Numbered from the stretch's first letter, positions 24,730 through 37,914 are shown. The stretch is 64,000 bases of DNA from Trichoplax adhaerens (GCF_000150275.1 NW_002060964.1:363643-427642); one strand, 5' to 3'. Numbers and translations are program-made. The notes: generated by a model not told the origin, from the letters alone.

Positions 24730-26973
24730 ATGATTGGCCTTCACATGTTAGCGGTCAATTCTGAAGTGGCTTTCAATAATGGAAGCATGGCAGCCTTCCC
24801 ACCAACCGGAGGATCGTCATCAACTGATGAAGACAGCATGGCTCCTTCTCTTGGATTACAACCATTAAATATCAATCATCAACCAAGGCAGCCTCAAAAG
24901 CTAGAAGATATCGAAAGAGTTGCTATCAATGTTAGCGGTCTACGCTTCGAAACGTATGAATCGACATTAATAAAACATCCTAATACATTATTAGGTAATC
25001 GTGCACGTCGTGATCGTTACTATGATTATGAACGAAAGGAGTATTTCTTTGATCGTCATCGTCAATCATTTGAAGCTATACTCTATTACTATCAAAGTGA
25101 AGGACGTTTAAATCGACCATCGACTGTTCCGTGGGATATCTTTTATGAAGAATTATGCTTCTTTCAAATCGAGCCTGAAGTTTTAAGTCATTTACGCAAA
25201 GTCGAAGGAATGGAAGAAGACCCTGCACCCTTACTACCCCAAAATAAAATCAAACGACGCATTTGGCTGCTATTTGAATATCCTGATACATCAATGATGG
25301 CAAAATGTGTTGCTTTCTTTTCAATGGCTATTATACTGCTGTCGGTTGCAGTATTTTGTCTAGAAACTGTTGATGGATTTAATGTGAATTTCAGAAATAA
25401 AAGTAATGTTACGGTTGAGCAAAATAGAACAGCAACTAGGAATGCTGACGCATTGTACAATGTCGAAACAATGTGTGTAGTTTGGTTTACTTTTGAATTA
25501 ATTATACGCTTTCTAGCTTGTCCTAGCAAATGGAAATTTGTCATTTCTCCTATGAATATTATCGATTTTTTAGCAATTATGCCCTACTATATTACCTTAA
25601 TTATGAGAACTAATGGTAATCCTAATGTTACGACCGTGGAAGCACTCAGAGTATTGCGCTTAGCTCGTGTACTCAGAATTTTTAAATTATCACGTCATTC
25701 CAGTGGCCTTCAAACATTAGGCAAAACATTTAAATCGAGCATGAATGAATTATTTATGCTTGGTTGTATTCTTGTTATTTGTGTTATACTCTTTTCCAGT
25801 TTTGTCTACTTCTTTGAATATGAACGTAACGGTAAAGAATTCCAGAGCATACCTCATGCTTTCTGGTGGGCTGTTATCACGATGACAACAGTAGGCTATG
25901 GTGACATTTCTCCCAGAACAGGATTAGGCCAAATCATAGGTTCATTATGTGCAGTCACTGGTGTATTATGCATCGCTTTGCCGGTTCCAATTATTGTCTC
26001 CAATTTTACCTATTACTATAAATTGGCCAAATTAAAATCGGAGCATCAAGATAGGCGCCAATTTAAATGGACACCCAAAAATTGGTTCAAGAAAAGAACG
26101 CAATTGGTTCAATTGGATTCTTATTCTAAGTATAGTACAGAAAATCGCCGCATAGCTGTCACGGGTATGCCACAAGTAGATAATTCATATCATATTACAA
26201 ATGAGCCTGATATTCCTAATGGCTCAGATTATGCTGCAATTGAAAGATCATCAACATCGCCTGTAGAAGCGTCACCAGAGCATCAGTTACGAATTGTAGT
26301 TGATACACCTTCAGCAGTACGCCATGGACCAAGTTACTTGGAACCGCAGCTGTCAATAGCCAAAGAAGAACAGAGAGGTAGGGTGTTTAGTGAAGGCAAA
26401 TTATCACGACAACAGTCATCTAGCCAAGAATTAACTTCTCAACAACCTGCAAGACGGTATACATTGGGCACTCTAGGTAGTTCTGCTTCTACACACGAAA
26501 ATTCGTCGTCAGCTAATAATCGCGGTAGCAGTAGTTCTCGTCCATTAGCTGATGCTGGCCAAGATTCTATCAAAAGTAATGATCACCATCACGGTAATGG
26601 CAAGGTTAACGATCGATCATGTCGAGTTTCAACTGAAGGTGAAGGATCAAGCGGTAGCGATTATCGTCATCGTCTACCTGGTCTACGTAAAAATGGCGAT
26701 AGCAGATCTTTCGATGGACGTGGTGGTAGCTTATCAACTCCAAGTTCATCAGGTACTGGAGATGAACTTCGTATTCATTCCAATAGCAAGAGTCATAAAT
26801 TACCTCGAAAGAAGAGTAAGCTTATAGGATCAGACGAAGCACACCAAAACTCACTAGCTCATACACCGCGAATATCAAATTCACCGTCAGGTAGCATTAG
26901 TACTCTAGACACCTATAGCAGTAGCGTTGGCTATACTCGAAAGCCACGAAAAATTAGCGCTCACAATTCATGA
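24730..26973 (+). CDS. Kv1/Shaker-family voltage-gated potassium channel, single coding exon
   Basis: 747-aa ORF with T1 domain (RVAINVSGLRFET, EYFFDRHRQSFEAILYYYQS), WLLFEYP, S4 LRVLRLARVLRIFKLSRHS, pore AFWWAVITMTTVGYGD and S6 IALPVPIIVSNF. The start could be any of the first few ATGs. Confidence 0.98.
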   Translation: MIGLHMLAVNSEVAFNNGSMAAFPPTGGSSSTDEDSMAPSLGLQPLNINHQPRQPQKLEDIERVAINVSGLRFETYESTLIKHPNTLLGNRARRDRYYDYERKEYFFDRHRQSFEAILYYYQSEGRLNRPSTVPWDIFYEELCFFQIEPEVLSHLRKVEGMEEDPAPLLPQNKIKRRIWLLFEYPDTSMMAKCVAFFSMAIILLSVAVFCLETVDGFNVNFRNKSNVTVEQNRTATRNADALYNVETMCVVWFTFELIIRFLACPSKWKFVISPMNIIDFLAIMPYYITLIMRTNGNPNVTTVEALRVLRLARVLRIFKLSRHSSGLQTLGKTFKSSMNELFMLGCILVICVILFSSFVYFFEYERNGKEFQSIPHAFWWAVITMTTVGYGDISPRTGLGQIIGSLCAVTGVLCIALPVPIIVSNFTYYYKLAKLKSEHQDRRQFKWTPKNWFKKRTQLVQLDSYSKYSTENRRIAVTGMPQVDNSYHITNEPDIPNGSDYAAIERSSTSPVEASPEHQLRIVVDTPSAVRHGPSYLEPQLSIAKEEQRGRVFSEGKLSRQQSSSQELTSQQPARRYTLGTLGSSASTHENSSSANNRGSSSSRPLADAGQDSIKSNDHHHGNGKVNDRSCRVSTEGEGSSGSDYRHRLPGLRKNGDSRSFDGRGGSLSTPSSSGTGDELRIHSNSKSHKLPRKKSKLIGSDEAHQNSLAHTPRISNSPSGSISTLDTYSSSVGYTRKPRKISAHNS

Positions 26974-27393
26974 GCCAAGATAAAATTGTATTAGTCTAGT
27001 GTATTAAATTATATTTACAAATATGACAATGTTGAATCTAAATGACAGTTTTATTTATTGCAAGAGGTGATATTTTGCCTGCTTTTCAATCCATTTACGA
27101 TTGTTTTTACAGCTATCATTTAATGAGATATGGCATCACTAGTTACGATAAAGAGTGGGAAATCATCATTGATTAATAGGTACGATATCGTCACCCAAAT
27201 ATTTTAATTGAGCTAAATTCCATTTGTAATTATATACGCATCCCTTGAGGAAATATTTTTAGTTCTACAAGTTCAACGTTAAAACTGTAATTTATTCATT
27301 TTTTATCGATTAACTGATTGTGAATGACGGTATTCCATATATATATATATATCGTACGATTCAGTTACAAAATAGGTCTTAGTGCCAATACTT

Positions 27394-27807
27394 GATGCTG
27401 CTTATTTATTTCCTTGTGTACATAGTAGTGTATCAATTAATACCCTCACATTGTGTAGTTCATTTTTCCTTCAAAGTGTGCGTATCTTGAAGGGATAACT
27501 ACTAACATCACCATTAAGCGAAAATACTATTTAATTTTATAACATTGTTCCAGTGGCATCCCTAATTAATATGTTTTTGTGCAAAAATTCGTTAACCTCG
27601 ATGCTGCTTATTTATCTCCAGGTGTACATAGTAGCGTATCAATTAATACCCTCACATTGTGTAGTTCATTTTTCCTTCAAAGTGTGCGTATCTTGAAGGG
27701 ATAACTACTAATTAACATCACCATTAAGCGAAAATACTATTTAATTTTATAATATTATTCCAGTGGCATCCCTAATTAATATGTGTTTGTTCAAAAATTC
27801 GTTAACT
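27394..27807. repeat. Recent ~206-bp direct tandem duplication downstream of the Kv1 stop codon
   Basis: 'gatgctgcttatttat...aaaaattcgttaac' starts at 27394 and again at 27600, with only a few substitutions and small indels. Confidence 0.95.
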
Positions 27808-29896
27808 TATTGCACATGCATCGTTAAACGTTATTATATAATTAATTTATATAGATGCATATAATAGAATTGTTATAACTTAGATTTTTTTAAAACTGAA
27901 GTCAAGTAAGTATTGTGTGTTATATTTGATATGAAATTTTTACTTAACCAAATCAATTTTATTCTAAGATTGTTAGATGTACTCGTAGATAGGATTTAGA
28001 ATGAGCAGAGTGTGTTATGATAGAATAATTCTTGTCAATATTTCATTAGGCCTGTTGTATTATTAGTAATTTGATCTTGTTATTCGAAGGGAAAGTTTTA
28101 TAAATGTCAGTGGAGTGATATAATTAGAGGAACACCACAATATAGCACGCATTATGAATGTAGTTAGTAACGAATCGATAATTAGATGATATTTAACTTT
28201 TTAATTGATTGACGTTGTATTATCTTAATTCGATGTGGAGGGATTCTTGTTTAAATTAGCAATTTTTGTTGAACTAATGTTGTTCGTGAATTATTAATGT
28301 ATAGAGATTAGCAGTACTCTACACCGTATTAATTTTTCGTAGGAATTTATAACCCATCATCTGCAGTACAATTATTAATTATAACCATCGTTATTCATTA
28401 TTACGACGTCAATGTATTTACAATGCTGAACCAATGGTATATAATCCTATCTATATATCAATCAAATATAGCATATTGACCAATTTTTTTATATGTGTAT
28501 TTGATTTATTGACATAAAATTGCATATCTTACTGGAAAGACTTTTTATTAAGTAATGTATAAAATTACGCTGATGTTGCTGTTACAGAAATAGATACTTT
28601 CGGTGTTTTGTTAGATTCTTACTTAGCCTTTCTATCGTTTCACTGTATAGTAATGCTGTATCCTTTACTTATGTATTGTATCATAACATCAATATACTAT
28701 CACTAGCAGTTTTGTTGCAGTGATAGATGTACTAACGATCTATAGCATTGTCTTTCTTCGAGATTTATTAATCTATTGCTAATGTAGATCGGAATTGTTG
28801 ATGTTATTTTGACACTGTTCTGCAATTGCTTGTGGATTATTGTATGCCGTATATACTTTTGTATACATGTAAGTACATGGGTAACAAAAGCTTGTGATAG
28901 TTTTAGCATAATTTGAAAGTTACCCTTACAATTTGAAGAATGTAATTATTAGATCCGGTTGGATTAAGTTAGCAGCATTTTCTTGTATTGTTAGATAATA
29001 TGTGTTAAGTGCCATTGTAATAATATTATTATTTATTATATAAGCTTACTAATTTAATATATATTCCTATAATGATACTATGATTCAAATGGCAAATTGT
29101 TAGCCAAAGCCTTCAGCTCCAATTAATATAAGCCGGTTAAATTATATATGCCCATGATGATTTAATGTACAGCACGCCAATTGTAACAAATCTTATATTA
29201 TTCACATGTTGTAATTTAAAATTTATATTGCTATCACCGTTGCATTCAATGCTAATAATTAGTATCACATTTACGAATAAATTGATACTATACGATTCAA
29301 TGAAATTGGAGGATAATATTTAGAGCTGAAAGAAATAAGGTCTTTAAGTGCGATCATCATTAATATTCAGTAGAAGATAATTTCAGTGAAAAGATGGAAA
29401 CTTGATCATTGAAATCACTTTCATATCCCATAAGAATTACGGAACGGTGATGTATAGATTAGGAATGTTATTTACAGGGTTAATGTTTTTGTTTACTGTT
29501 GCTAGAGTTTTACTAAAATACCAGTAGACGTTGATAATATTGGACTAGATTACTTCATTTTCAATAACTTACCTTTTTACATCAAGTGTAACAGAAACAT
29601 TCTACACATCTTATTGTTATCATGATGGCATGCTATAAACTACATATTTATCAGTACGCGGAAAAGAATTAATTTCTAATTTTGTCAATTGCTACCGTTA
29701 GATGATAGAGTAAAATTTAAGCGTAATCATATATCTATCGCAAATGTAGCTTTTAAAATTTCGTATCCTTATTTTACTCCAGATTTGAAATAGCTCAAGG
29801 TAATTCAGTTGTTTTTATTGCTCTTAGATATTTGTCATTAACAGCTAATGCCATTTACAATTATAAGACTTATAATTTTCATCAAATTAATTTAGG

Positions 29897-32800
29897 TTAG
29901 ATCACTGAATGAGGTCCAATGATTCGGTCAATAACCTACATCATGGATAAAGAAAGTGAAAAAGGATTATCCATACACCTGCATAGCATTTATAGTGTTA
30001 ATTAGGAAAATAAGTACTCACTCCACTTATCCCAGGTAAATTAAGAAATGTACCCACAATTGGTACTCGACGCAGAAAATTGATAACAACAGGCAAGAAC
30101 CCGCTGAAACGACATGATTTGAAATTGATTAATGAAAAGATCACTTTAATATACATAGAGGCCACTTTTTACTTCTATGATAATATATGCATTTCAATTG
30201 GAAGCTTGCTTATTTACGAACGCTTTAACATTATTAATGTGAGTGCACTATTGTTGTAAGTACTTGCCTAAATAATAAGAAGAATCCATACGCTTCGATG
30301 ACCATCCCTACGACTGGCCAACCAAATATTACAATTACAATACCCAAGAAAAAGCATACAGTTCCTTTCATTTTATGTCGTTGAAAGAAAAAGCTATATG
30401 TTCTAGCTAATCCTATAACCATACCAATGCCAGATAGAAATAGAATCTGTAAAGTAAATGTAATAGTGTTCAAAATTCATTTATCAGTTGCTATTGTAAT
30501 ATATGCGTACAAAGAGGGAACTCTCTATGATTAACAAAGCACCAGCAGACCCCTTTCGACATCAGGATTGTAGATGGTTAATAATAATTATAATAGCAAT
30601 TTTATGCGGGCTGCATTCATTGTGATTATTTTTTAGCCATTTCTCCCTTTAACGTTATGATATTGTACTACCAAGAGAATGGAGAAGAAAAATAATCATT
30701 GACTGCATTTACATGGCAGAACCGAATCAGTTCAACACAATATGAACTTATAATTTTAATGTAACAACGATATGAGATGAGTCATACAGCACTCATCTTT
30801 TCCTTGATTACCTATTAATAGAGTAAAAGTAATTTTAGAAGGTGTATGTAATCTAGCATTATACCGATATCGTGAGATACACTTTATCTACAAATGATAA
30901 CTATCCGATCCTTCAACGTAGCGTAGGCACATATTCTCTCGATTAGTTTATCGGCGACCGATAAATGAGTGGCATAACATGACTAACTGTGAAAGATGAA
31001 AAAAATTGATGCGATTAATTTACAAAATTTATATTACAATAGTCAAGTTCACCAGATGCTTGGAACAATTAAACGATGGACTATTCAGTTAAGCTATTGT
31101 ATTGAATCTACGATTTTATTCATTTCATGAAGATATTCTATAAGCGTTTTCAATTCACTTCGATGGAGACACCAGAAGTACTAGCGTAGCGCTATTTCCT
31201 CTAGGAATTTAAAGTACTACTCGTATCCAATTTATTCCCATGTTGCCATTCTATTTGACAACATGTCTACTTAGCATTTCTATCTAAATTATTGTATAAC
31301 TGCGTAATAATACCGAGAGGCGGTAGTTCAAGATCCATACTTAAGCCTAGTTTATCGCAAACCTTCTTGGTGCGAATGAGTGAATACTAGATGAAATTTG
31401 ACAGTGGATGATGCTCGTAGGGAATGAATTTTGATCAGGGATAAAAACCACCGCCGCATTCAATTTGATTAATTGGATTATTATACTTGGACAATCAATT
31501 CAAGGTTGGCATATTTTCTAGTTGAAGATATTGAGAGTAAAACCAATGCAATACTAGCAAGTATAATAGAGCCCTAATACGATTAGTTTCTGTCTCGTAG
31601 CTGACGTCAATGGGTGATGTCCGTTAATGCAATTAACTTTAATTAGGATTATACAGTATTGCACATCTATTTTGGAGTTTATGGCAATGGTATAACAGTC
31701 ACGTAACCAACTGAGGTTGGAATACGCATATTAGTTAGTTGATTGGAAGTAACGAGGAATATTTTGATCCAAATTATCATCATCGTGAGTAAACAATAAT
31801 GAATACACACTGCATCTACATCACAGGAATAGTTTGTATCTATATATACTATTCATTTTGCCTACATCGTGATACTCTCCGTATGACGAATTGTGTCAAG
31901 TAGAATCAACTTAGGAATCTAGACTAGAGCTAGCATTCCATTGTAGTATGTTGCTTGAAGATAAAAGACAATATTGGGATCGCTTGTTCAGTATAGAGTA
32001 GATACTACGTCAAAAGTGTAACTACTATTCATATTTAGCGCAAGGATTAGATTGCATATTGACACGATCGATGGTCATCATTCAACTTGGATGAAAACAT
32101 TGGTAATCATCTACTTACATTGCCTACCGCCAGTAATGCTTTATCAAAAAGCATAAGCATACCAAGAAAGAGGAAGAACATTCCAAATGCAGTTACTCCT
32201 ATACCAATTTCTAGAATAGATTAAATTGAATTAGAAATGCTTGAATACGGGTAGAAAATGATCTTTTGATCTATTAGCACTAGTTAATCGACTGCAATTG
32301 GCAAGTATCAAAACATCCCAATCATGGTATATCGTCGATTATCGTAAGTGCGACTCTATCCACAACATCGTCAAACACAAATGATGAATCCATCCTAAAG
32401 GGAAGCTTGTATCCACTGATTGATTTGTCAATACTTCCATTGGGCTGTAAACTGAATCTAGAAGACTGATCATATAACCTATCATTCATGAATGGACTCC
32501 TTGCGTTATTTCAACGACTCCACTTGCCCAGATACTCATCCATTGCAACCATCAACGATTGTCCAATTCAATCATAAAGCTGAGCTATCTTTGCTTTCAT
32601 TCAAAGTCTATCCTATCACTCATTTACTTTGCCATGATCTACTGTAGTTCAGATAGCACATCATGATTGTTGTACTATCCACACGCCTTCGACATACGAT
32701 AGCTACTCAAACTGTGTCCAATCCATAACAACGTCGTTGGTCCGTTATCAAGACATGCACCACCAATGTTGCTTCATCAGATCAAATGACTGTATTTCCC

Positions 32801-32925
32801 ATCATCCATCAGCCGGTAGAATAAGTTGAGCATGTCCATAGTAGCGTTGCACACCAGTTTATTCTAATCTACTAATCCAGAGGTGATAGAAGATACTTAC
32901 TTTGTGTATCCGTTACATCTAACAT
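29897..32925 (-). CDS. GOLT1: Vesicle transport protein GOT1 (GOLT1A/B family), 5 exons
   Basis: Spliced product MLDVTDTQK|IGIGVTAFGMFFLFLGMLMLFDKALLAVGN|ILFLSGIGMVIGLARTYSFFFQRHKMKGTVCFFLG...EAYGFFLLF|SGFLPVVINFLRRVPIVGTFLNLPGISG|VIDRIIGPHSVI*. Confidence 0.96.
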
Positions 32926-33760
32926 GGTGAAAGTTCTTGAGAATGGGCAGAGTTGTTGATATAATCGGAAAGGGAAAGCAAATGAGCACAACAAATTGAC
33001 TACACAACAGCAACAATTGAACGCGTTGAACACGTCAACCGCGCCGTCTCAACCGTTACCGTCCACGTAGCCTGATGTAGGGTGTAGCGATAGTAGTCCA
33101 TGTTGTATTGGACTACTGGACCACTGGACAGCGCCTATAAGCGTACGCATGTTTGGCATAGCTGTAGTCGATTTCCATCAGCAATGTCCTACTGGACCTC
33201 TTCACAGTAGGCGTAGTCGTGTAGAGTGTAGAGTGTACAGTCCGGCACAGGACCACTGTAACCTGTACTGTAGGCTGGTGATGGACTGACAATCAGACAT
33301 ACAGTACACTGTACTGTGCTGTAGAGTGAGTGTACTGTAGGTTGGAAGCAAGGAGTGATCGGAGAGATCGACAGCCAGTCAACATGGCATCATCGATCCA
33401 AGCACCAATACAAGTAGTTCCCATTCTAATGGTACGCATTCTTCTTCACAACGACTAAGATGAATTCTGCGATGATTAACCATGGCCACTTTTCAATGAT
33501 AAGCAGTTGCAAGCATTTTATTCCTGCACGATTTTCACAACCATTCAAAATAGTCCCAGGCATGCCCTACCTCCTGTAAACTGTACAGTATGTCATGCAG
33601 ATAGTTCACAATCAGTTGGACGACATTATTCTTGATTCAATAATGGTAGTGTCAAGGACTGCTGCATTCAAAAATTGTAATTTTGATTGCGTTGTCCCTG
33701 ATTGGGGATAGTTTTACTCCAGCCATAAATGATGCTTTCCATGGAGTGCTGACTACAGTC

Positions 33761-33809
33761 ATGGACTACTCGATACTATCCTACAGTAGCATAGTATCGA
33801 GTTGTCCAT
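33761..33809. repeat. 49-bp near-perfect palindrome/hairpin
   Basis: atggactactcgatactat-c-ctacagtag-c-atagtatcgagttgtccat: 19-bp arms with one mismatch. Confidence 0.85.
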
Positions 33810-34318
33810 ATTTATCCAGTACAATACTCCTTTTCATCGATACTCTTCTTGTCGTTTTTCCACCATGACTCATCCATAACTCGTAAGCTTTCTTGTAGTA
33901 CTGTAATGAAGTTTGAAATGCTGATTTTGTCAGTAAAAAACGATATGCAACAAACTAGTAAGAGTTATGGCGATACTGTTCGACGAGTAGGCGTCGCTGA
34001 TACTGCTAGGACGAGGTAACACTACCGTAGGACTACGCATGACCACTTGGTGGTTTAGTACAGTCTACTGTACCACAGTACTTTCACAGTAGAAAACTTA
34101 CTGTACACTGTAGACTACTGGACTGACAGATGATCCTGGACGGTCTAGTCGGACTATGGGTACGAATGGGTACTGAAGCCAGTTTGGACCTACTGTCTAC
34201 TTGGCTGGGCCTTTTTTCGTCTCCGTGGTAATCGCACAAGCAGCTGGTAAACGACTCCGAGGCTGCTTGTACTTCTCATTTCTATTTTCCAAATCATCTT
34301 CTATCTTACTTGGGTCGA

Positions 34319-37300
34319 ATGGCAGCCATCCATAGGTTTACTTTACCTGCAAGAACATCCATACGACTTCAGGGTAAACTAGTTGTTCTATTCTTGCTGT
34401 TGTTAGGATGACGAGCAATGAAAAGATGTCCATCACGCTTGTCCTCCATGCTAGACTAAGGTACTCTCGTACAGTTGACATTCTTGACAAGAGTGGGCAG
34501 CGAGCAAGCACATCTGATTGCGGATATCGACATACTTTGAAAGCAAATTGTACAACGATGGTAGTTGAAACGAGTCGATTCATGCTTAAAATTTAAAATT
34601 CCAACTTTGATCATTGACTTACCTGCTAGACAAGTACAATTAACAGTCAAAGAGAGCATACAGTGAAGTAGGAAGCGGTGGATTGGACAAGAATGTCTAC
34701 GATGGTACAGTCGATCAAATAACCTGCTACACACTGTAGTAAAGTCTTACTTTTTTCAGTCATGCAATCGTCGATGCACAAGGTTACATGATAACACGCA
34801 TAGATGGAAGGGATTCTTCATAAAGTCTTTTGCAGATGATGTTGTTATACCATAATATAGGCCAAGATAGGAACATTTCAGCAGAAAAATTAAGAAAACT
34901 TATAACATCAACTTGGAATAAGACAATTTAATTTCTGTCATTCAGTGCGAAAGTATCTGAAACAACAATGTCATTTTACGAACAACTACAACGATTTAGT
35001 AATGTTCACTAGCTACTATCATGATTTGAAAGTATGTGGAAACTAAGGTATTCCACATCAAAATTAGACAGTCTAGCCTAGTCTACTTCTTGAACAAACT
35101 TCAAAACAACGCTTCCTTACCTTGTACGCGTATAACTACGAATATCGTTACTATCAGTACAAATAACAGGAATACAGCATTCAATGTTGTACACTTTCTT
35201 ATTTACATTTTGATGCCAATTCCATTCGTTGACTACACTGATAGCTAATTTCACTATTCTTAACTTAATAATATCTGTTATCAAATCATAAACGACTGTA
35301 GCTACAAACTCTGTCAACTTCTTAGACAACATGGATAGAATTCGTTGTGATGGACCTATGTTAAGTCATCATGAATGACGAACTTCTGTTAGTTGACCAC
35401 AAACAATGTAATAGATACTCTTCATTATTCGCTTTAGTTTAGAAAAGTCTGTCAACTTGTTATACTGTGGTACTACGAGAATAGACATGGCAACTACGGC
35501 CATGCTTATCACAAACTCAACATCTTATTAGGACATTCATTGCTCATATTTGTGAAAGAAACTAGAAAAGGTGCTTTTCTAATATTATAATCAATTAACG
35601 CAATTCAATGGATTACTTTGCGTATTTCTAGTTCTCCATTTAAGAAAGGTCAATAGCTTCCTATCTAATCAAGTCATAGTTATACCTTGTTGTTCCCTAC
35701 TAACCTCCAGCAGGTATGTTTTCATCATTGAACGTCAGTAACTATTCCGTATTCACTAATTTTGGTAACTGAATAGTAAACTTTGAAGTCAATTGATGGG
35801 TTACACTTTTTCACAATAGCTATTTATCTCCAATATTATCACCTGCTGTCCGTCGTCTTATCGAAACCCATAAGATCGATCCAAATCAAGTTACTGCAAC
35901 CGGTCGAAATGGACGTATCTTAAAAGGGTAAATGGCTTATAATGTTTTACGTTTCTGATGGAAAAGCAAGATAACTATTATTCCAAATTTCTTTGGATAT
36001 ACGAGCGTATGCTCAATGAATGATTTAGACTGTGTTAATTATCCTTTCAATCATTCCGTAGTGATGTCCTGGCCTACTTAGAAAGTAAAGATTTTCAATC
36101 AGCAGGTAACTCCAAAGAATGATCGATATTGCTATTATGCCAAATTGAAATGTATCAGATGCAATGTTAAAAGGATTATTCCCTTTGAATGGTTAATGAA
36201 TTGATGTAATGCGTCAACATTGATTGAGTACGATTATTTTATAGGAACAAAAGTGGAATCGGTTAGATCTCCTCCAAAACCTTTACCACCTATCCAATCT
36301 CCAAAAATGCCGAAAATGGATAAATCAGTGCCTATGCCCAATAATAAGGTCAGTTAATGTGTAAGAAACCTATTGAAAAGATGTTAACGTCGAACTGTGA
36401 GGCCAAAGTTGTAAAAATGTTAATAAACTACACCAGTAAAGTAGTAAAGTACTGTTGTCATTAGGCAATAGTTTTAGTGACAGTTGTCGTCATGCTGCAG
36501 GCATTACGGTAGCTAGAGTTAGACAGTCCTTATTGACTCTAAAAATTGCATCACTCTTGTAGTCTAGTTATCGCCATTCTGCAGGTATTAGCTAGCGTTT
36601 TGCGATCCTTATTGATTGAAAAAATTTTCATCTCTCTTGCAGTCTAGCGCAGGTTATGTTGATATTGAAAACACCCAATCGGAGCGTTCACTTGCGAGAA
36701 AAGTAACGGAATCAAAGGTACTGGGCTTAGAATATCGTCTGATAATTGCAGTTAACAAATGATTTGTATGCCTGACACTAAGATACAATTTTTTGCTCTA
36801 TAATTTTTAGTGGCAAGTACCCCAAGCGTATGTAGTTGTGGACTGTTATGCCGATAATCTAGCAAAATTTTGCAAAGATATGGCTGGTAAATTGACATAA
36901 TAGTATTGAATACAATTTCATCCACGCAACTCCAGTTATAAACTTGCTATATTACCCAATTTGTCATACCTAAAATGATACAGATTTAGAAATTACCATG
37001 GATAGTTTAATTGTAAAAGCCGCTATACTTGCTTTAAAGGTGAGAACTAGAATTGTACGATATTCCTATAAAAAATTGTTTTCAATGATGATAACCTAAA
37101 AAACTTTAGATTTTACTGGAAAATAATTTTAATACGAATAAATCTTATTTCCGGTTGTAGACCAATCCTGATATGAACGTTGCCTTAGTTGATGATGAAG
37201 TACAGTCATTACCGCGTATAGATATTTCTTTATCGACATGGGCATCACGAACAAAAATCACTCGCCCACTTTTTGATGCTACATCTCTTCGAGTATCAGA

Positions 37301-37914
37301 AATTGCCAGCAAGCTAAAGGTACTGCTAGTATAATCAATGATAAATAAATTTGTAAAGGAAAATGCCTATTGTAAATTTAGTTGTTATCAATTCCTTATG
37401 CTATTATAGCGAGTACTGTCCTAAACAATCGATGCTACATCTGTCTAATACCATTTTAGCTATGGCAGTCTCATAGTAAAGAAAATCAGCTAGAAGATTC
37501 AACCGCTGGCTCATTTAAGTTAGTTTCATCATACAATAAAATCAATTAACCAACCAATTTGTTGTTGATTACGTAACGTTGTCACATACGATAACTAGAA
37601 TGGTTTTTCAATGAGCTCGCTTGCTTAAATTGTTATGTTCGCTAATAGTTCTCTCCATGCCCCTATTTAATAGCATTACTTGTATGTCGTCTATGGGAAT
37701 TAAAAGTTCGACCGCTATTGTATTACCACCAACGTCCGCTGTACTAACCGTTGGGTCAGTCAATAAAATCATATGTGAAGATGGTTATCCAATCGATACT
37801 GTAGCAGCTACGTTATCCTTTGATGCTCGATTAATCGATGAGCCATGCGCCAGTCAATTTATGACCCAATTCCGTTTTAACGTTGAAGATCCATCATCCT
37901 GGCTGTTGCGTTAA
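34319..37914 (+). CDS. PDHX: Pyruvate dehydrogenase E3-binding protein (PDHX)-like; presequence, E3-binding domain and inactive acyltransferase core, no lipoyl domain seen
   Basis: Exons 34319-34373, 35632-35713 and 35820 onward join in frame: MAAIHRFTLPARTSIRLQVLHLRKV..., then LSPAVRRLIETHKIDPNQVTATGRNGRILKGDVL. The core includes VPQAY, LIVKAAILALK, GSFNITCMSSMGI and TLSFDARLID, lacking the His of the DHRxxDG catalytic motif. Confidence 0.8.

Noticed and set aside
25188-26827. Antisense and alternate-frame ORFs within Kv1
   Set aside because: Shadow ORFs of a real coding sequence.
33383-33431. ATG exon candidate MASSIQAPIQVVPILM as the start of a lipoyl domain
   Set aside because: Its phase-0 donor does not join the downstream exon in frame and no following lipoyl exons were found; ATG 34319 gives a clean presequence. 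cDNA is needed to exclude it fully.
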